DNA of 38,238 bases. Origin: a virus. The translations under genes were made by a program, and so were the position numbers. Below, piece after piece: positions 34,364 through 38,238 of this stretch. Each line of letters begins with the position of its first letter. Position 1 is the stretch's first letter. The notes beneath the pieces were generated by a model. It was not told the origin of the DNA, ran no database searches, and worked only from the letters and a program-made list of their open reading frames with translations. Where the stretch lies: the IMG/VR virus record IMGVR_UViG_3300043640_000112, positions 1-38,238 of that record. One strand, given 5' to 3'.

Positions 34364-34567
34364 ATGAACGTTGAATTTTGGCATAATTTCTCACTGATTT
34401 GGCTATCTATTGGAATGGTTATTTTGGCAAGATGGTGTAGATCATTGTCTCGTGATTTACGATGCGTTGAACTTTGGATCATCTTGAACGACAGAAAAAT
34501 TAACCCTAAAAATGACGAAGAATCACCATCAGATTTGGCTTACATGAAAGAGAAGGGGTTTTTATGA
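34364..34567 (+). CDS. Small membrane protein candidate (one transmembrane segment)
   Basis: The ATG follows GGAG. Hydrophobic segment FSLIWLSIGMVILARW. Confidence 0.45.
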   Translation: MNVEFWHNFSLIWLSIGMVILARWCRSLSRDLRCVELWIILNDRKINPKNDEESPSDLAYMKEKGFL

Positions 34568-34746
34568 TTGAAGAATTTTATCAATTGTACAAAGCTGGGC
34601 GAGCTATGGTTGAAACCTTGAGACATAAAGACCTTTCGGAGTCTTTTAAGGACTTTATTGATTCATTGGAGGCTGGTTCAAAGTCTTTAGATAAATCAAA
34701 TCCTGCCTATTACGAACGTTGGAAAAAGGAAAGAAATAATGAGTGA
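34564..34746 (+). CDS. Hypothetical protein (60 aa)
   Basis: ORF with ATGA coupling. Confidence 0.45.
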   Translation: MIEEFYQLYKAGRAMVETLRHKDLSESFKDFIDSLEAGSKSLDKSNPAYYERWKKERNNE

Positions 34747-34954
34747 AAACGTAAACATTACCGAAGCAAAAATGAGCCTAAAACATCATGTGAAATTCTT
34801 TGAAAGCCTACTTAAGCACATCCGAAAAGGTGAAGAACCTATGCTTAGTCGTTCAATGTGGGCTACGTGGTGTCTTCATCGCTACATTGAGGACAGGCTT
34901 ATGGATGACATTAAAAAAGTTATTTATGAAAATTCGGTTAATCCAAAACAATAA
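34739..34954 (+). CDS. Hypothetical protein (71 aa)
   Basis: ORF overlapping the upstream gene by 8 nt. Confidence 0.45.
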   Translation: MSENVNITEAKMSLKHHVKFFESLLKHIRKGEEPMLSRSMWATWCLHRYIEDRLMDDIKKVIYENSVNPKQ

Positions 34955-34966
34955 AAGAGGATAAAA

Positions 34967-35212
34967 ATGGATTTTAAAATTGGAGACCAAATTTGGTGGT
35001 TTCAAGCAAAAGAGCGTCTGTCTATGTATCAATTAAGCAAAATATCTCCTGATACCATAACATTGGTTCATGATGTAGTAACTGATATTGTAGAAGATTT
35101 ACTTGTTTGCTGGCATGGTACCCATAATCCAAAAGAAATATGGGGTAAATCTAGGAAAGAAGCGTGGGATCGCCTTAAAAATGAACTTGAAAAATGGGGG
35201 TCTTTAGATTAA
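34967..35212 (+). CDS. Hypothetical protein (81 aa)
   Basis: ORF with a GAGGA ribosome-binding site. Confidence 0.5.
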   Translation: MDFKIGDQIWWFQAKERLSMYQLSKISPDTITLVHDVVTDIVEDLLVCWHGTHNPKEIWGKSRKEAWDRLKNELEKWGSLD

Positions 35213-35337
35213 TGAAACTATCTTGATTTCATTGATTTATCAACGGCAAACAATTTAAATCAAAGCTGTGAAATTAAAATTACTTGGTATAAGATAATTT
35301 TACGCCAACTGGAGATACAAAAAGCAAAGGAGATTTG

Positions 35338-35526
35338 ATGATAATCGATATATATGCGAAATCCGTACAATTGCTTGAACATGTAGCTAATTCTGTACAT
35401 GAAAGAGACAATAAAAATCCTAATTTACTTTGTTTTAGTATCAGTGAAGTTCATGTAGTTGAAAAATGGCTAAATGAATTGATTAAAGAAGTAAAAAACG
35501 ATTGTATTTGTCTTAAACCAGAATAA
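35338..35526 (+). CDS. Hypothetical protein (62 aa)
   Basis: AAGGAG ribosome-binding site, with the ATG at 35338. Followed by a terminator. Confidence 0.45.
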   Translation: MIIDIYAKSVQLLEHVANSVHERDNKNPNLLCFSISEVHVVEKWLNELIKEVKNDCICLKPE

Positions 35527-35527
35527 T

Positions 35528-35567
35528 AAAAAACCCGTTGGTGTCTCCACTTTTCGGGTTTTTTTAT
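35528..35567 (+). terminator. Rho-independent terminator
   Basis: AAAAAACCCG ... CGGGTTTTTTT stem followed by a T-run. Confidence 0.7.
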
Positions 35568-35791
35568 TCTATATCTTAACGATAACTTTACTATGAAAGT
35601 AAATATAACATGGATATAGTAAGATGCTTAGAAATAAAAAGGAATAATAAATGATTAAATAGAAATTTTGGGCATCCTGGCCCATCCCATCTACCCCTAG
35701 TAGTTGGATACATCCTGCTAATAATAAGTTCTTCGCCTGCAAAGAAGAGGAACAAACTAACGTTAATGCTAATTAACAAAAGGATTCTATC

Positions 35792-36631
35792 ATGTCTATT
35801 GAAAAAAACACACCCAATCGATTAAAAAAATATGGTTTCGGTTTTTCTACTTTTTTAAATTCTACAATGGATTTAATCCCAGATGATGGTGCTTTAGGAA
35901 TATATATATATCTCGGTTCTAAATCCGAAGATTGGGACATTCAAGAAAAAGATATAATGCGTCGTTTTAAAAAAGGACGTGATTATGTACGCGCTAAAAT
36001 GAGAATTTTAAAAGACCTTGGCCTCGTGAAAACAATTGCCTATAGAGATGACAGTGGACGTATAGTTGCATGGGACACATGTCTATTTTCCCAGATTCCT
36101 GAAAACCCGTCATCTGGTGATTCATCCAGATTCCTGAAAAACCAGAATGTGGCTGAACCAGAATCTGGAAAACCAACCCATATACTAAATAAAGAAAAAG
36201 AATTAAAAATAAAAGAAAGAAAGAAAACAAACAAAGAACAGCCTGTTGTTGTTTTTTCTTGTAAGGAAACTATTAAAACCCATGTTGAAAACACTACTAA
36301 CAAACGTGATGATTATGTTGAAGATGAAATTATCGACCAAATAGCTTTTTATGCGGCTAAAGACATTGGCAAAGATTCAGAAGTGAAAAAGAAAGTTAAT
36401 ATAGGATTAAAACTCCTTAAAGAGGGTAAATGGCTTATTCCTCAAGGTTGGAATGGCATAACTTCACAATCCATTATTGAAAAAGACGAAGAATATGCAA
36501 GATCTAAACAGCTTCAATATCAACAAGAAGCTCGAGCTATGAAAAATATTAAAGAATTGATGGTCTCTAAAGCCGGTGAACTAGCTCTTCAAGAAATGCT
36601 TAAAAAAGTTAGGATTAATGCGGCATGTTAA
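35792..36631 (+). CDS. Replication initiator with an N-terminal winged-helix domain (lambda O / DnaD-like role)
   Basis: LGIYIYLGSKSEDWDIQEKDIMRRFKKGRDYVRAKMRILKDLGLVKT looks like a wHTH. A low-complexity linker coincides with the iterons and an A-rich tract. Confidence 0.65.
   Translation: MSIEKNTPNRLKKYGFGFSTFLNSTMDLIPDDGALGIYIYLGSKSEDWDIQEKDIMRRFKKGRDYVRAKMRILKDLGLVKTIAYRDDSGRIVAWDTCLFSQIPENPSSGDSSRFLKNQNVAEPESGKPTHILNKEKELKIKERKKTNKEQPVVVFSCKETIKTHVENTTNKRDDYVEDEIIDQIAFYAAKDIGKDSEVKKKVNIGLKLLKEGKWLIPQGWNGITSQSIIEKDEEYARSKQLQYQQEARAMKNIKELMVSKAGELALQEMLKKVRINAAC
36091..36174. repeat. Four iteron-like direct repeats (CCAGAnTnnTGnAAAACC), a candidate origin of replication inside the initiator gene
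   Basis: CCAGATTCCTGAAAACC (36091), CCAGATTCCTGAAAAACC (36126), CCAGAATGTGGCTGAACC (36142), CCAGAATCTGGAAAACC (36158). Followed by an A-rich tract at 36181-36240. Confidence 0.6.
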
Positions 36632-36855
36632 GTCGGCTTCAATGCCAAACAATAATATTTAATCTCGGTCTTAAATTTGGAGTATCGCCAAAGCTCATAG
36701 CAACGCGTCTATTGAGTTCTGAAGACAAACAGTATATGTTAGAGGGGTTATTAACGATCGAGGCTCTGGAGTGTGCTGTAGAGGCTTGGAAGGCATCAGG
36801 AACACCCGATCATGCGCATGGAAATACCGAACCGCTAAAAAAGGGGGGATATTGA
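36625..36855 (+). CDS. Hypothetical protein (76 aa)
   Basis: ORF overlapping the initiator stop (ATGTTAA). Confidence 0.4.
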   Translation: MLSRLQCQTIIFNLGLKFGVSPKLIATRLLSSEDKQYMLEGLLTIEALECAVEAWKASGTPDHAHGNTEPLKKGGY

Positions 36856-36856
36856 T

Positions 36857-37843
36857 ATGAAATTTGAGGATTGGCTTAGTCAACAAAACAGTCGTGAAGA
36901 TATCATTGGAGAAATGGCTAGAAAATATGAAATAGATTTTAAAGCTAATTTGGATGAGTTACAAAAAAAAGCTATAATCCTAAATGATGTTTCTTTTAAC
37001 CCAATAAAAGGAGACGTAAAAATGGAAGCAAGTGTTAATCAATATTGTGGTGCTGAGGCACTTTTGAAAGATAAATGTATAGATGTCGGTTTAGAGTCAA
37101 TTGCATCGGCCCAAAGAACCGGTTATGCAGCTGAAGCAACTTCACAACATGGATTTAATCATGTTGATGGAACTGCTCAAAGGATGGCTATTGCTGAGCT
37201 TGATGCTATCAATAATGTAGGTGATGATGTATGTGATAGTTCCCGTGATCTTATGCGAGATATTCATGGAACTGATAATCATTTGAGTGGTTCTGTAGAG
37301 CGCCTGGGTTTATTTAATGCGGGTGTTACTGAGCGCAATGCGGATAAGACGCAAGCTGAAGTAGAACGTTTTGGATTATCAGAATTAGAAGCTATTCGCA
37401 ATGCAGAAAAATATCTTTTTGCAGGTATGTCTCAAAATGCCAAGGATATTCTTCTTAAAAGTTGTGCGGATACTTCAAGTATTAAAGACCAATCAGCTAG
37501 TCAATTTAAAGATTTATTATTACAAAATGCTGAAAATGCTAAAGATGCAGCTATTACAGCCTGTACAAATGTAAAAGATTTGATTATTCTGGGTGATAAA
37601 CATTACTCACAAATTCAAATTGAAGCATTAAAAAATAAAGAAGAATTAGCTAGACAAATTGCTGAATGTTGCTGTGAGCAAAAAGCATTAACAATTGAAA
37701 AAGCTAATGATACTCAGCAATTAGTACGAGAACTTGATAAAGAAAGATTGCGAGATGAATTAGCAAAGACTCGAGAAGAACTAATAGCTTTGCGAGTAAG
37801 AGCAACTTTGCCTCCAGCTCTAACAGGTTCAATTACTATCTAG
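36857..37843 (+). CDS. Hypothetical helical protein (328 aa) with a CCC motif
   Basis: Long clean ORF followed by a terminator. I recognise no family. Confidence 0.55.
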   Translation: MKFEDWLSQQNSREDIIGEMARKYEIDFKANLDELQKKAIILNDVSFNPIKGDVKMEASVNQYCGAEALLKDKCIDVGLESIASAQRTGYAAEATSQHGFNHVDGTAQRMAIAELDAINNVGDDVCDSSRDLMRDIHGTDNHLSGSVERLGLFNAGVTERNADKTQAEVERFGLSELEAIRNAEKYLFAGMSQNAKDILLKSCADTSSIKDQSASQFKDLLLQNAENAKDAAITACTNVKDLIILGDKHYSQIQIEALKNKEELARQIAECCCEQKALTIEKANDTQQLVRELDKERLRDELAKTREELIALRVRATLPPALTGSITI

Positions 37844-37851
37844 CTCGATTT

Positions 37852-37883
37852 ACGGTAGGGACGATATTTGTCCTTACCGTTTT
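37852..37883 (+). terminator. Rho-independent terminator
   Basis: ACGGTAGGGA / TCCTTACCGT is a 10-bp stem (one G-U pair) with a 9-nt loop, followed by TTT. Confidence 0.6.
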
Positions 37884-37930
37884 AAACAGTTACTTTTTGA
37901 TAAAATTATTTAATACGTTAGGATAGCATC

Positions 37931-38140
37931 ATGCAAACTGGAATTGTAAAATGGTTTAACGAAGCAAAAGGTTTTGGATTTATTACAAGTGAAGAGAAAG
38001 ATTATTTTGTGTATTTTAAAGAAATCCAAGGAACTGGATTTAAAACTTTGAAAGAGGGTGAGAAGGTGCGTTTTACCACTGAATCCTCACCCAAAGGCCC
38101 CGTTGCTAAGAATGTGTATCTGGGGTATGAAGATCTTTAG
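37931..38140 (+). CDS. cspA: Cold-shock domain protein (CspA family)
   Basis: [15 protein letters not shown] carries RNP1, YFVYF is an RNP2 variant, and the protein is 69 aa. Confidence 0.9.
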   Translation: MQTGIVKWFNEAKGFGFITSEEKDYFVYFKEIQGTGFKTLKEGEKVRFTTESSPKGPVAKNVYLGYEDL

Positions 38141-38238
38141 GATAATATAGACGCTCAATTTCTTTACCAAGTTCTTTGGCTAAATCTTTCAGATCGTCTA
38201 TTTTTTCACTATGTGTGTGTCCGCTGATTAAAATATTC
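38112..38238. repeat. Terminal overlap, identical to 1-127
   Basis: Exact match by direct comparison. Confidence 0.95.

Noticed and set aside
35591-35779. 62-aa minus-strand ORF upstream of the initiator gene
   Set aside because: No ribosome-binding site, low-complexity hydrophobic N-terminus, and located in what looks like a non-coding control region between a terminator and the rep gene.

Overview
The window is one complete, circularly closed dsDNA phage genome of about 38.1 kb. Bases 1-127 are repeated exactly at 38112-38238, so the unique length is 38111 bp. It is AT-rich, roughly high-30s % G+C by eye.

Layout:
- Rightward late block (1283-27118): terS, terL, two tRNA-like elements, portal, scaffold, an accessory island, major capsid protein, tail adaptor/hub candidates interrupted by an HNH-type gene, three ejection-protein-like genes, and four fibre or receptor-binding genes. 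The gene order and protein sizes resemble a P22-type podovirus morphogenesis module.
- GH24 endolysin and a VRR-NUC nuclease (27260-28207).
- Leftward replication/recombination operon (29081-33661): SF2 helicase, SSB, RecT, YqaJ-type exonuclease.
- Rightward early operon (33822-38140): Cro-like regulator, small orphan genes, a winged-helix replication initiator with internal iterons, and a cold-shock protein.
- A short leftward orphan operon (1-851) that crosses the circular junction.

I saw no integrase, CI repressor, reverse transcriptase, CRISPR array or rRNA.

Most unusual observations:
- Two tandem receptor-binding cassettes. Each has the same extended -10 promoter and leader, and paralogous small genes (a coiled-coil protein, a Lys-rich micro-ORF and a 68-aa protein), ahead of fibres that share an N-terminal anchor.
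- An 18-20 bp perfect palindrome present twice, at module boundaries in the late operon.
- Two tRNA-like elements with perfect acceptor and T arms but aberrant anticodon arms, bracketing a 60-aa ORF.
- A lambda-O-style iteron origin inside the initiator gene.
- A GC-rich structured intergenic element where the two transcription directions converge.

All functional calls rest on motif recognition by eye. No database search was run.
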